Origin: the human T2T-CHM13v2.0 reference genome, Homo sapiens
Reading direction: 5' to 3' (one strand)
DNA: 64,000 nucleotides
NCBI RefSeq assembly: GCF_009914755.1
Contig: NC_060945.1
Shown here: piece after piece, positions 40,831-56,559 of the stretch
Numbering within the stretch: position 1 is the first letter of the stretch
How the letters are laid out: every line of letters begins with the position of its first letter
Position numbers and translations under genes: made by a program
The notes under the pieces: model-generated
Databases searched by the model: none
Seen by the model: the letters and a program-made list of their open reading frames with translations, nothing else
What the model was told of the DNA's origin: nothing

Positions 40831-43800
40831 TGGAATAGAATGGAATGGAATGGAATCGAATCAAATCTAATGGACTGGAATGGAACAGACTCGCATGGAT
40901 TGAACTCGAAAGGAATGGAATCCAATGGATTGGAAAGGAATGCAGTGGAATAGAATGGAATGGAATGGACTCGAAAGTGATGGACTGGAAAGGAATGGAC
41001 TCGAATTTTAATGGACTCTAATGGAATTGACTGGAATGGAATGGACACGAATGGAATAGACTCCACATGAATGGATTCGAATGGAATGCAATCGAAAGGA
41101 AGAGAACTGAATGGAATGGATTCGAATGGAATGGACTAAAATTGAATGGCCTGGAAAGGAAAAAGGAAAACAAAGGAATGGAATGCTCTGGAATTGAATG
41201 GAATCAAATGGCATGTAATGGAATGGAATTGAATGGAAAGGAATGGAATGAAATGGAACGGAATGGAATGGAATGGAATCGAATGGAATGGACTGAAATG
41301 GAATGGTATCAATTCAAATGGACACGAATGGAATGGAAGCGAATGGAAAGTAATCAAAAGGAATGCAATGGAATGGAATGGAAAGGATTCGAAAGAAATG
41401 GAATGGAATCAAATGGAATCGAACGGAATCAAATGGAATGGAATAGCATGGAATGGAATTGAACAGAATGGAATGGAATGGAATGGAATGGAAAGGAATG
41501 GAATGGACTCGAATGTAAATGTATGGAATGCAATAGACTCAAATGGAATGAACAGGAATGTAATGGAGTCACATGGAATGGACTCTAGTGGAATGGAATC
41601 AAATGGAATGGAATTGGATGGAATGGAATTGAATCTAGTTAAATCAAATAGAATGGAATGGAATATAATGTAAAGGAATAAAATGGAATTGAATGGAATG
41701 GAATGGACTCAAATGGAATGCAATGCAATGGAATGCATTGAATGCAATGGATTCAAACAGAATGTAAAGTAAAGCAATGTAAACGAATGGAAAGGAATGG
41801 AATGGAATGAAATGGAATAGAATGGCATGGAATAGAATAGAGTAGATACAAATGGATTGGTCTGGAATGGAATGGAATCGAAAGGATTGGAATGGAATGG
41901 AATAGAATGGAATGTACTCGAATGGAATGGACTGGAAAACAACGGACTCCAATGTAATGTATTCGAATGGAATGGACTGGAAACAATGGAATCCAATGTA
42001 ATGTACTCAAATGGAATGGACTGGAAAGGAATGAACTTGAATGGAATCAACTTCATTGGAATGGACTCGAATGGTATACACTGGAATTTAATGGACTTGA
42101 TTGGAATTTACACAAATGGAATGGAATGAAATTGAATGGAATGGAATGAGATTCAATGGAATGCATCAAAAGGAATGCAGTTGAATGGACAGGAATCGAA
42201 TGTAATGGAACTGAATAGAATGGACTTGAAAGTAAGGGACTGGAATGGAATGGTCTCCAATGGCAAAACATCGAATGGAATGGAACCAAATGGAATGGAA
42301 TGGACTGGAATGGTATAGAATGAACTGGAATATAATTGCATGGATTAGAATTGCCTCGAATGGAATGGAATGGAATGGAATGAAATCTAATGGAATGGAA
42401 TCAAAAAGAATGGAAACGAATGGAATGGACTGGAATAGGACGGTGTGGAATGGAATGGAATGGAATGGAATGGAATGGAATGGAATAGAATGGAAGGGAA
42501 TGGAATGGAACCAAATGGAATGGAATGGAAAGGATTAGAGTCGAATGCAATGGACTGGAACGGAATGGACTCGAATGGAATGGCCTTGAAAAGAAGGGAT
42601 TCAAATGGAATGGCATAGAATGGAATGGAATAGAATGGAATGGAAAGGAATGGAATTGAATGCGGTCGAATGGAGTGGAATGGAAAGGACTCGAAAGGAA
42701 TGGACTGGAATGGAATGGTTTCGAATAGAATGGAATGGAATGTTATGGACTCGATTTGAAAGGATTGGAATGGAACAGTCTGGAATGGAATGGAATGGAA
42801 TGGAATATAATGGAATGGAAAGGAATTGAATGGAATGGAAGCAAATGGAATGGAATGTAGTGGACTTGAATATAATATACTTGAATGGAATGGACTCGAA
42901 TGGAATGGACTCGAATGCAATGGAATCCGATTGAATGGAATGGAATGGAATGGAATGCACTGGAATGTAGTGGATTGGAATGGAATGGGATCCAATGGAA
43001 TGGACTCGAATGGTATGGATTCGAATGGAATGGAATCATATGGAAGGAAATGGAGTGGCATAGAAAGCAATGGAGTGGACTCGAATGGAATGGACTGGAA
43101 TGGAATGGACTGGAATTGACTCAAAATGAACGGACTCCATTGGAATAGACTCTAATGGAATGCAATCGAATGGAATGAACTGAAATTGAATGGACTCCAA
43201 AAAATGGACTGGAATGGAACAGTCTCGAATGGAATGGAATCAAATGGAGTGGAATTGAAAGAAGTGGACTCAACTTGAATGGATTGGTATGGAAGGGTTT
43301 CGAATGGAATGGAATTGAAAGGAATGTTACGGAATGGTTTGGAATGGAATGGAATGGAATGGAATGGCATGGAATGGAGTTGAATGTAATTGACTGGAAT
43401 GGAATGCATTTGAATGGAATGGACTCGAATAGATTGGACTCAAACGCAGTGGAATGGAATGGAATACAATGGAATGGAATGGAATGGATTTGTATGTAAT
43501 GGACTGGAATGGAATGGACTCGAATTGGAAAAGACTGAAAAGGAATGGACTGGAATGGAACGGACACACATGGAACGGACTCCACTGGAATGGAATCGAA
43601 CGGAACACATTCGAATTGAATAAAATCGAATGGAATGGAATCGAATGGAATGGACTCAATTCAAATGGACTCAAATGGAATGGAATCGAATGGAATGTAT
43701 TCAAATGGAATGCAGTGGACTGGAATGGAATGGATTTGAATAGAATTGACTGGAATGGAATGAAATCGAATGGAATCGAACGGAATGAAATTGCTTGGTG

Positions 43801-46800
43801 TGGATTTGAAAGGAATGCAATCGATTGGAATGGAATAGAATGGAATGGAATGGATTGGAGTGGAATGGAATGGAATGGATTGGAATGGAATGGAATGAAA
43901 AGGAATGGAATGGAAAGGACTCGAGTGTAATCAAAAGGAATGCAATGGACTAGAATGGAATGGACTTGAAAACAATGGAATAGAATGTATTGGAAATGAA
44001 CAGAATGGAATCCAATGAAATAGAATAGAATGGATTGGATTGGATTGGAATACACTGGAAAGTAATAAATTCGAACACAATTAACTTAAATGGAATGGAA
44101 GTGAATGGAATGGAATTGATTGGAATGGAATCGAATCGAGTTGAATGGAAAGGAACGGAATGGAATGGAATGCAGACGAATGGAATGGAATCAAACGGAA
44201 TAGAATGGAATGGAATGCAAAGGAATGGAATGGAAAGGAATGGACTCAACTCTAATGGAATGGAATGGAATGCAATAGAATGGATTTGAACACAATGGAA
44301 TGGAATGAAATCGAAAGGAATGGAATGGAGTTGAATGGAATGGAATGGAATGGAATGGATTTCAATTGAATGGACTGGAATGGAATGAAATGGAATGGAA
44401 TGGAATGGAATTCAATGGAATAGAATGGAATTAAATGGACAACAATGGAATGGACTGCAATAGAATGGAGTCGAATGGAATGGACTCAAAAGGAATGGAC
44501 CCGAATGGAATGGAATGGAATCAAACGGAATGGAATGGAATGGATTGGAATAGACTCGAGTGGAATCGATTGGAATGGAATGGAAAGAAAGGAATGGAAT
44601 GGTATGAAATAGAATCGAATGGAATGGAATCGACTGAAATGGAAACGAATGGCATGGAATCAAAAGGAATGGATTGGCATGGAATGGAATCGAATGGAAT
44701 CGAATGGAATCGAAAGAAATGGACAGGAATGCAATCGAAATGAAAGGAATGAAATTGCATGGAATGGAATTGAACGGAATTGAATCAAATGGAATGGAAT
44801 GGAATGGAATGGAATTGAAAATAATGGAATCGAATAGAAAGAAATATGATACAATGGAATGGAATGGCATTGACACGAATGGAATGGATTCGAATGGAAT
44901 AGACTGGAATGGAATGGAATCAAATGGAATGGAATTGAATGGAATGGATTCGAATGGAATGGAATCAAATGGAATAAAATCGAAAAGAAAGTAATGAAAT
45001 GGAATAGAAGGGAACGGAATAGAATGGAATGGATTGGAATGGATTGCAATGGAATGGAATGGAATATAATAGACTGGAAAGGAATGGACTCCAATGGAAC
45101 GGATAAGAATGGAATGAAATCTAATGGAATGGAGTGGAATGGAAAGGACTCGAATGGAATGGAATCTAATGGAATGGAATGCAATTGACTGGAATGGAAT
45201 CAAATCTAATTGAATCACATGTAATGGAATCAAATAGGAGGATATGGAATGGAATGGACTCAAATGTAATGGAATGGAATGGAATGGAATGGAATGGAAT
45301 ATAATGGAATCGAATGAAATGGAAAGGAATGGCATGGAATGGAAAGTAATGGAATGGCATGGAATGAAATGGAATGAAAGGAATCAAATGAAATGCAAAG
45401 GAATGGAATGGAATCGAAAGGAAAGAAATGGCATGAAATGGAATAGAACGGAATGGAATCAAATGGAATAGAATCTAATGGAATCGAAAGGAATGGAATC
45501 AAATGGAATGGAATGGATTCCAATGGAATGGACTGGAAAAGTATGCAATGGAATGGAATGCAAAGGAATGGATTTGAATGGAAAGGAAAGGAACTAAATG
45601 CAATGGAATCGAATGGAATCGAATGGAATTGAATGGAATGGAATTGAATGGAATGAACTGGAATTGAATGGAAACGAAGGGAAACAAAGGGAATGAAACA
45701 GCATGGAATGGAATCGAAGCCAAAGGAATACCATGGAATGGAATAGAACGGAATGGAATCAAATGGAATAGAGTATGATGGAATGGAAAGGAATGGAATG
45801 GAATGGAATGGATTCCAATGAAATGGAACGGAAAAGAATGTAATTGAATGGAATGGGTTGGAATGCACTCGATAGGAATGGAATGGAATGGAAATGAATG
45901 GAAGATAATTTAATGGAATGGAATGCAATTAAATCGAATGGAAAGGAATGGCGTGGAATGGAATTGAATGGAACTGAATGGAATGGAATGGAACTGAATG
46001 GAATGGAATGGACTCCAATGTAATGGTCTCGAGTGGAATGGACTCGAGTGGAATGGAATGGAATGGAAAGGAATGCAATGCAATCAACTGGAATGGAATG
46101 GAATGGAAAGGAATGGAATGAAATCATCCCGAATGGAATGGAATGGAATGGGCAGGAATGGAATGGATTTGAATGGAATGGAATCAAATGGAAAGGAATG
46201 GAATGAAATGGAATGGAATGGATTGGAATGGCATGGAATGGAATCAACCCAAGAGGAAAGGAATGGAATGGAATGGAGTTATCTCGAGTGGAATGGAATG
46301 GAATGGAATCAACACGAGTGGAATGGAATGGAATGGAATGCAATGGTATGGAATCAACCCGAGTGGAATAGTATGGAATGGAATGGAATGGAAAGGAACG
46401 GAATGGAATAAAATGGAATGGAATGGAATGGAATCAACCCGAGTGAAATGGAATTGAATAGAATGGAATGTAAACAACCCGAGTGGAATGGAATGGAATG
46501 TAATGGAATGGAGTGGAATGGAATGCAATGGAATCAACCCGAGTGGAATGTAATGTAATGGAATGGAATGGAATGGAATGGAATCAACCCGAGTGGAACG
46601 GAATGGAATGGAAAGCAAAGGAATGGAATGGAATGGAATGGAATGGAATGGAATGGAATGGAATTCATTGGAATCAACTGGAATGGAATGGAATGGAATC
46701 AATCCGGGTTGAATGGAATGCAATGGAATGGAGGCGAATGGAACGCAGTGGAGTGTAATGGAATCAATTGGAATGGACTGAAATGGAATGGAATGGAATG

Positions 46801-49800
46801 GAAAGCAATGGAATGGAATGGAATAAAACCGAGTGGAATGCAATGGAATGGAATTGGATGGAATGGAACGGAGTGGAATCAACCCAAGTGGAATGGATTG
46901 GAATGGATTGGAATGGAATGGAAAGGCATCGAATGCAAAGGAATCAACTAGAATGGAATGGAATGGAATGGAATGGAATCAACCTGAGTGGAATGGAATG
47001 GAATGGAATGAATGGAATGAAATGAATGGAAACTAATGGAATTGAATGGAAACAACCCGAGTGGAATGGAATGCGATGGAATGCACTGGAATGGAATGGA
47101 ATGGAATGAAATGGAATGGAATTCAACATAATGGAAACAATCCGAGTGGAATGGATTGGAATGGAAAGGACTGAAATGTAATGGAATGGATTGGAATCAA
47201 ACCGATTCCAATGCAGTGGAATGGAATGGAATGGAATGGAATGGAATGGAATGGAAAGCAATTTGATGGGAAAGAATGGAACGAACTGGAATGGAATGGA
47301 ATGGAATATAATTGAATGGAATAGAATGGAATGGTATGGAATCAACCCGAGTGGAGTGGAATGGAATGGAAAGGAAATGAATGGAATGGAATGGAACAGA
47401 ATGGAATTAACTCCAGGTGAATGGAATTCAATGGCATGGAATGGAATGGAATCAACCCGAGTGGAATGGATTGGAATGGAATGCAATGGAATGCAATGGA
47501 ATGGAATGCATTGGAAACAAATGGAATGGAATGGAATGCACTGGAATCAACTGGAATGGAATGGAATGGAATGGAATAGAATGGAATGGAATGGAATGGA
47601 ATGGAATCAAACCAGGTTGAATGGAATGGAATGGAATGGAATAGAGTGGAATGGAATGCAATGGAGTAGAATGGAATGGTATGGAATAGAATGGAGTCAA
47701 AGTGAATGGAATGGAATGGAATGGAATGGAATCAACTGGAATGGAATGGAATGGAATGGAATGTAAAGGAATGGAATGGAATGGAATGGAATGGAATCAA
47801 CCCGAGTGGAGGGGAATGGAATGGAATGGAAATGAATGGAATGGAATAAAATGGAACGGAATGGAATGAACCCGAGTGGAATGGAATTGAATAGAATGTA
47901 ATGGAATGGAAAGGAACGGAATGGAATGGAATGGAATGGAATGGAATGGAATGGAATGGAATGGAATGAACAAAAGTGGAATGGAATGGAATGGAATGGA
48001 TTGGAATGGAATGGAATGGAATCAACCCGAGTGGAATAGAATGGAATGGAATGGAGTGGAATGGAATGGAATTGAATGGAATATAATGGAGTGGAATGGA
48101 AGGGGAAGGAATGGAATGGAATGGAATGGAATGGGATGGAACAGAATGGAAAGGAATTAACCTGAATGGAAGAAATGGAATCGAATGGAATGGAACAGAA
48201 TGGAAGGGAATCAAACCGAGTGGAATGGAATGGAATGGAATGGAAAGGAATGGAATTCAATGGAATGCAATGGAATGGTATGGAATCAACCCGAGTGGAA
48301 TAGTATGGAATGGAATGGAATGGAACGGAATGGAATGGAATAAAATGGAATGGAATGGAATGGAATCAACCCGAGTGAAATGGAATGGAATAGAATGCAA
48401 TGGAAACAACCCGAGTGGAATGGAATTGAATGCAATGGAATGGAGTGGATTTGAATCAACCAGAGTGGAATGGAATGGAATGGAACGCAATGGAATGGAA
48501 TTGAATGGAATGGAATGCATTGGAATCAACTGGAATGGAATGGAATGGAATGGAATGGAATGGAATTGAATGGAATCAATCCGGGTTGAATGGAACGGAA
48601 TGGAATGGAGTCGAAAGGAACGCAATGCATTGGAATGGAATGGAATGGAATGGAATTGACTCAACCAGAATGGAATGGAATGGAATGCAATGGTATGGAA
48701 TGGAAAGGAATGCTATGGAAACAACCCGAGTGGAATGGAAATGAATGGAATGGAATGGAATGGAATGAACCCAAGTGGAATAGAATGGAATGGAAGGCAA
48801 CGGAGTCAACCCGAGTGGAATAGAATGGAAAGGAATGGAATGCAATGGAATGGAATGGAATGGAATGGAATGGAATGGAATGGAATCCACCAGAGTGGAA
48901 TGGAACGGAATGGCATGGAATGGAATGGAATGGAATGGAATCGAACGGAATGGAAAGGAATGGCATGGAATGGAATGGAATGCAATGGAATTGAATGGAA
49001 AGGAATGGAACGGAACAGAATGGAATGGAATAAAATGGAATGAACCTGAATGGAATGGAAGGAATGAACCCGAACGGAAAGGAATTGAATGGAATGGATT
49101 GGAATGGAATGGAATGGAATCAACCTGAGTGGAACGGAATGGAATGGAATAGAGTGGAATGGAATGGAAATGAATGGAATGGAATTGAATAGAATGGAAT
49201 GGAATGGAATGGAATGGAATGGAATTGAATCAACCGGAATGGAATGGAATGGAATGGAATGGAATGGAATGGAATGCAATGGAATCAAACCGAGTAGAAT
49301 GGAATGGAATGGAATGGAAAGGAAGGGAAAGAAATGGAAAGGAATGGAATGGATTGGTATGGAATCAACATTAGTGGAATGGAATGGAATGGAATGGAAT
49401 GGAATGGAATGGAATGGAACATAATGGAATGGAATAAAACGGAATGGAATGCAATGGAATGAACCCGAATGAAATGGATTGGAAGGGAATGGAAAGGAAT
49501 CAAACCGAGTGGAATGGAATTGAATGGAATGGAATGGAATGGAATGGAATGGAATCACCACCAGTGGAATGGAATGGAACGGAATGAAATCAACCCGAGT
49601 GGAATGGAATGGAATGGAATGGAATGGAATGGAATGGAATGGAATAACACCGAGTGTAATGGAAGGGAATGGAATGGATTGGAATACACGCCAGTGGAAT
49701 GGAAAGGAATGGAATGGAACAGAAGGCAATGGAATCAACTGGAATGGAAAGGAATGGAATGGAATGGAATGGAATCAACACGAGTGGAATGGAATGGAAT

Positions 49801-52505
49801 GCAAAGGAAAGGAATGGAATGGAATGGAATGGAATGGAATGGAATCAACCCGAGTGGAATGCTATGTAATGGTATGGAATGGAATGGAATAAAATGGATT
49901 GGAAAGGAATGGCATCAACCCCACTGAAACGGAATGGAATGGAATGAAATGGATTCAACCCGAGTGGAATGGACTGGAATGGAAAGCAATGGAATGGAAT
50001 GGAATGGAATGGAATAGAATCAACCCGAGTGGAATGGAAAGGAATGGAATGCAATGGAATGGAATGGAATGCAATGGACTCAACTGGGATGGAATGGAAT
50101 GGATTTTAATACAATGAACGGTATCAACATGAGTGGAATGGAATGGAATGGAATGGAATGGAAAATAATTGAACGGAATGGAAGCAACCTGAGTGGAATG
50201 GAATGCAAAGGAATTGAAAGGAATGGAATGGAAAGCAATGGAATTCAAAGGAATGTAATAAACTCGAGTGGAACGGAATGGAGTGGAATGGATTGGAATG
50301 GATTGGAATGGAAAGAAATTCAACGGAATGGATTCAACCAGAATGGAATGGAATGGAATGGAATGGAATGCGACGGAATGGATTGGAACGGAATGAAATG
50401 GAATCCACCCGAGTCGAATGGAATGGAATGGAATGGAATGGAATGGAATAGAATCAACTGGAATTGAACTAATGGAATGGAATGGAATGGAATGGAATCA
50501 ACCCGATAGGAATTGAATCGAATCTAATGGAGTTATACCGAGTGGAATGGAATGGAATGGAATCAACCCGAGAGCAATGGAATGGAATGGAATGGAATGG
50601 AATGGAATGGAATGGAATGGAATGGAATTGAATTAACCAGAGAGGCATGGAATGGAATGGAATGGAATGGTATGGAATGGAATAGAATGGAATGGAATAA
50701 ACTCGAGGGGAAAGGAATGGATTGGAAGGGAATGGAATGGAATGGAAAGGAATGGAATGCAATGGAATAGAATGGTATGGAATGGAGTCAACCAGAGAGG
50801 AATGGAATGAAATGGAATTGAATGGAATGGAATGAAATGCAATCGAATGGAGTCGAATGGAATAAACACCTAAGGAATGGAATGGAACGGAATGGATAGG
50901 AGTGGAATGGAATGGAATGGAATGACCTGGAATGGAATGGAATGGAATGAAATCAAACAGAGTGGAATGGAATGGAATGGAATGGAATCAACTGGTATGG
51001 AATGAAATGGAATGGAATGGAATGGAATGCAATGGAATGGAATGGAATGGAATCAACCCGAGTGGAATGCAATGGAATGGAATGGAATGGAGTGGAATGT
51101 AATAAACCCTAGTGGAATGGATTGGAATGGAGTGGAATGGAATGGGACGGCATCGAATGCAATGAAATCAACTAGAATGGAATGGAATGGCATGGAACAG
51201 AATCAACCTGATTAGAATGGAATGGAATGGAATGGAATGAATGGAATGCAATGAATGGAAACTAATGGAATGGAATGAAAACCACCCGAGTGGAATGGAA
51301 TGCAATGGAATGCAATGGAATGGAATGGAATGGAATGGAATTCAACATAATGGAAACAAACCGAGTGGAATGGAATGGAATGGAAAGGACTGAAATGAAA
51401 TGGAATGGATTGGAACCAACCCGTTTCCAATGCAATGGAATGGAATGGACTGGAATGGACTGGACGGGAATGGAATGGGATGGAAAGGAATGGAATTAAA
51501 TGGAATGGAATGGAATGGAATGGAATATAATTGAATGTAATGGAATGGAATGGAATGGAATCAACCCAAGTGGAGTGGAAGGGACTGGAACGGAAATGAA
51601 TGGAATGGAATGGAATGGAATGGAATTAACTTGAGGTGAATGGAATGGAATGGCATGGAATGGAATGGAATCAACCAGAGTGGAATGGAATGGAATGGAA
51701 TGCAATGGAATGGAATGGAATGGAATGCATTGGAATCAACTGGAATGGAATAGAATGGAATTGAATGGAATGCAATGGAATCAACTGGAATGGAATGGAA
51801 TGGAATCAATCCGCATTGAATGGAATGGAATGGAATGGAGTAGAATGGAACACAATGGAGTAGAATGGAATGGAATGGAACGGAATAGAATGGAGTCAAC
51901 ACGAATGGAATGGAATGGAATGGAATGGTATGGAATGGAATGGAATGGAATGGAACGGAATGCTGTTTAATCAACCCGAGTGGAAGGGAAATGAATGGAA
52001 TGGAATGGAATGGAATGGAATGGATTCAACCCAAGTGGAATGGAATGAAATGGAATGCAACGGAATCAAACCGAGGGGTATGGAATGGAAAAGAATTGAA
52101 TGGATGGTATGGAATGGAAAGGAATGGAATGGAATCAACCTAAGAGGAATAGAATGGTATGGAATGGAATGGAATGGAATGGAATCAACCCGAGTGTAAT
52201 GGAATTGAAAGGAATGGAATGCATTTGGATGCAATGGTATCAAATGGAATGGAATGGAATGGAATGGATTGGAATAGAATGGAATGGATTGGAATGGAAT
52301 GGAATGGTATGGAATCAAACCGAGTGGAATGGTATGGAATATAATGGAATGGAACGGAATGGACAGGAATAAAATGGAAAGGAATGGAATAGAATCAACC
52401 CGACGGAAATAGAATGGAATGGAATGGAATGTAATAAAACCGATTGGTATAGAGTTGAATGGAATGGAATGGAATGGAATGGAATCAACCCGAGTGGAAT
52501 GGAGT

Positions 52506-52575
52506 GGAATGGAATGGAATGGAATGGAATGGAATGGAATGGAATGGAATGGAATGGAATGGAATGGAATGGAAT
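52506..52575 (+). repeat. Pure (GGAAT)14 tract, the longest perfect run I noticed
   Basis: 14 uninterrupted GGAAT units followed by CAACT. Confidence 0.8.
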
Positions 52576-55500
52576 CAACTGGAATAGAATGGAATGGAAT
52601 GGAATGGAATGGAATGGAAAGGAATGGAATGGAATCATCGTGAATGGAATGGAATGGTATGGGCAGGAACGGAATGGATTTGAATGGAATGGAATCAAAT
52701 GGAAAGGAATGGAATGAAATGGAATGGAATGGAATGGAATGCCATGGAATGGAATGGAATTAACCCAAGAGGAAAGGAATGGAATGGAATGGAGTTAACT
52801 CGAGTGGAATGGAATGGAATGGAATCAACACGATTGGAATGGAATGGAATGGAATGGAATGGAATGGAATTAACCCGAGTGACATGGGATGGAATGGAAT
52901 GGAATGGTGCAGAATGCAATAGAATGCAATGGAATCAACTCGAGGCGAAAGGAATGGAATGGAAAGTAATGAAATGGAATGGATAGGAATGGAATGCAAT
53001 GGAATGCAATGATATGGAATGGAGTCAAACCGAGAGGAATGTAATGGGAAGGAATTGAATGGAATGGTATGGAATGCAATGGAATGGAGTTGAATGTAAC
53101 AAACCCCAGAGGAATGGAATGGAATGGCATGGAATGGAATGGTATGGATAGGAATGGAATGGAATGGAATGGAATGGAATGCACTGGAATGGAACGGAAT
53201 GGAATGAAATCAAAAAGAGTGGAATGGAATGGAATGGAATAGAATTTAGTGGAATGGATTCAACGGGAATGGAATGAAATGGAATGGAATGGAATGAAAT
53301 GGAATGGAATGGAAACAAACCAACTGGAATGGAATGCAATGGAATGCAATGGAATGCAATGGAATTGAATTCAACGTAATGGAAACAAACCTAGTGGAAC
53401 GGAATGGAATGGAAAGGACTGAAATATAACGGAATGGATTGAAATCAAACCGATTCCAATGCAACGGAATGGAAAGGAATGGAATGGAATGGAAGGGAAT
53501 GGAATGGAATGGAATGGAATGGAACATAATTGAATGGAATGGAAGGGAATGGAATGGAATGGAATGGAATCAACCTGAGTGGAGTGGAATGGAATGGAAT
53601 GGAAAAGAAACGAAAAGAATAAAATGGAACGGAATGGAATGAACCCTAGTGAAATGGAGTTGAATGGAATGGAAAGGAACGGAATGGAATGGAATGGAAT
53701 GGAATGGAATGGAACAGAAGGGAAAGGAATGGAATGAACAAAAGTGGAATGGATTGGAATGGAATGGATTGGAATGGAATGGAATGGAATCAACCCGAGT
53801 GGAATAGAATGGAATGGAATGGAGTGGAATGGAATGGAATTGAATGGAATAGAATGTAGTGGAATGGAAGGGGAAGGAATTGAATGGAATGGAATGGAAT
53901 AGGATGGAACAGAATGGAAAGGAATCAACCTGAATGGAAAGAAATTGAATGGAATGGAATTGAACGGAATGCAATGGAATGAAACCCAGTGGAATGGAAT
54001 GGAATGGAATGGAAAGGAATGGAATTGAATGGAATGGAATGGAATGGAATGGTATGGAATCAACCCGAGTGGAAGAGTATGGAATGGATTGGAATGGAAA
54101 GGAACGGAATGGAATAAAATGGAATGGAATGGAATGGAATCAACCCGAGTGAAATGGAATTGAATAGAATGGAATGTAAACAACCCGAGTGGAATGGAAT
54201 GGAATGGAACGGAATGCAGTGGAATGGAATGGAATGGAATCAACCCGAGTGGAATGTAATGGAATGGAATGGAATGGAATGGAATGGAATCAACCCGAGT
54301 GGAATGGAATGGAATGGAAAGCAATATAATGGAATGGAATGGAATGGAATGGAATGGAATGGAATGGAATGGAATGGAATGGAATTCATTGGAATCAACT
54401 GGAATGGAATGGAATGGAATCAATCCGGGTTGAATGGAATGGAATGGAATAGAGTCGAATGGAACGCAGTGGAGTGGAATGGAATCAACTGGAATGGACT
54501 GAAAAGGAATGGAATTTAACGGAATCAACCCGAGTGGAATGCAATGGAATGGAATTGGATGGAATGGAATGGAGTGGAATCAACCCAAGTGGAATGGATT
54601 GGAATGGAGTGGAATGGATTGGAATGGCATGGAATGCAATGTAATCAACTACAATGGAATGGAATGGAATGGAAAGGAATCAACCTGAGTGGAATGCAGT
54701 GGAATGGAATGAATGGAAAGGAATGCAATGGAAAGAAATGGAATTTAAAGGAAACAACACGAGTGGAATGGAATGCAATGAATTGCAATGGAATGGAATG
54801 GAATGGAATGGAATGGAATGGAATGGAATGGAATTCAACGTAATGGAAACAAACCAAGTGAAAAGGAATGGAATGGAAAGGACTGGAAAGTAATGGAAAG
54901 GATTGGAATCAAACCGATTACAATGCAATGCAATGGAATTGAGTGGAATGGAATGGAAGGGAATGGAATGGAATGGAAAGAAACGGAATGGAATGTAAAG
55001 AAATGGAATTTAATTTAATGGAATGGAATGGAATGGAATGGAATGGCATGGAATGGAATGGAATGGCATGGAATGGAATGGAATGGAAAGGAATTAACCT
55101 GAGTGGAGTGGAATTGAATGGCATGGAAATGAATGGAATGGCATGGAATGGATGGGAACGGAAAGGAATGAACCCGAGTGGAATGGAATGGAATGGAATG
55201 GAATGCAATGGAATGGAATGGAATGGAATGGAACAGAATGGAATGGAATGGAATGGAATGAACACGAGTAGACTGGAATGGAATGGAATGGAATGGATTG
55301 GAATGAAATGGAATGGAGTCAACCCGAGTGGAATAGATTGCAATGGAATGGAGTGGTATGGAAAGGAATTTAATGGAATGGAATGGAGTGGAAAGGAATG
55401 GAATTGAATTGAATCGAAAGGAATGGAGTGTAGTGGAATGGGATGGAATGGAATGCAAAGGAATCAACCCGAATGGAATGGAATGGAATGGAATGCAATG

Positions 55501-56424
55501 GAATGGAATGGAAAGGAATGGAATGGAATGGAATGGAATGGAATGGAACAGTTTGGAATCAACCCGAGTGGATTAGTATGGAATGCAATGGAACGGAATG
55601 GAATGGAATAAAATAGAATGGAATCGAATAGAATCAACCCGAGTGAAATGGAATGGAATGGAATGGAATGGAATCATCCCGAGTGGAATGGAGCGGAATG
55701 GAATGCAATGGAATGGAATGGAATGGAAGGCATTGGAATGGAATGGAATGGAATGGAATGGAATGGAATGGAATGGAATGGAATGGAATCAATCCGGGTG
55801 GAATGGAAAGGAATGGAATGGAGTGGAATGGAATGGAACGGAATCAACCCGAATGGAATGGAATGGAATGGAATGGAATGGATCGGAATGGAATGCTATA
55901 GAAACAACCCGAATGTATTGGCAATGAATGGAACGGAATGAAATGGAATGGAATCATCCCAAGTGGAATGGAATGGAATGGAATGCAACGGAATCAACCC
56001 GAGTGGAATGGAAAGCAAAGGAATGGAATGGAATGGAATGGAATGGAAAGGAATGGAATGAAATCAACCCAAGTGGAATGGAATGGAATGGAATGGAATG
56101 GAACCAACCAGAGTAGAATGGAATGGAATGGAATGGAACGGAATGGAATGGGATGGAATGGAAAGGAATGGAATGGAATGGAATGGAAAGGAATCAACCC
56201 GAGAGGAATGGAATGGAATTGAATGGAATGGAATGGAATGGAATGGAATGGAATGGAAAGCAGTGGCATGGAATGGAATTTAATGGAATCAGCCCGAGTG
56301 GAATGGAATAGAATGGAATGCAATGGAATAGAATGGAAAGGAATGGAACGGAACAAAATGAAATGGAATAAAATGGAATGAACCCGAATGAAATGGAAGT
56401 AATGAACCCGAATGGAATGGAATT

Positions 56425-56559
56425 GAATGGAATGGATTGTAATGGAATGGAATTGAATGGAATCAACCAGAATGGAATGGAATGGAATGGAATGGATTGT
56501 AATGGAATGGAATTGAATGGAATCAACCAGAATGGAATGGAATGGAATGGAATGGATTG
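56425..56559 (+). repeat. Exact 60-bp tandem duplication
   Basis: GGATTGTAATGGAATGGAATTGAATGGAATCAACCAGAAT repeats at a 60-bp offset. Confidence 0.88.

Larger units (their letters stand above)
30691..46060 (+). repeat. Domain C: GGAAT array rich in GGACTGGAAT, GGACTC[GA]AAT and GGAATC[GA]AAT
   Basis: GGAGT tracts disappear and GGAATCGAAT, GGAATCAAAT and GGACTGGAAT are dense. The last GGACTCGAGT is at 46040-46049. Confidence 0.82.

Noticed and set aside
44064-44069. AATAAA polyadenylation-like hexamers here and at many GGAATAAAAT sites
   Set aside because: They arise from simple G-to-A changes in GGAAT-GGAAT and have no transcript context.
30691-46060. HSat2 (HSATII) assignment because of frequent GGAATCGAAT
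   Set aside because: The regular ~23-26 bp HSat2 unit with GGAATCATC/ATCATCGAAT is not present, and the sequence stays in 5-bp phase as HSat3 does.
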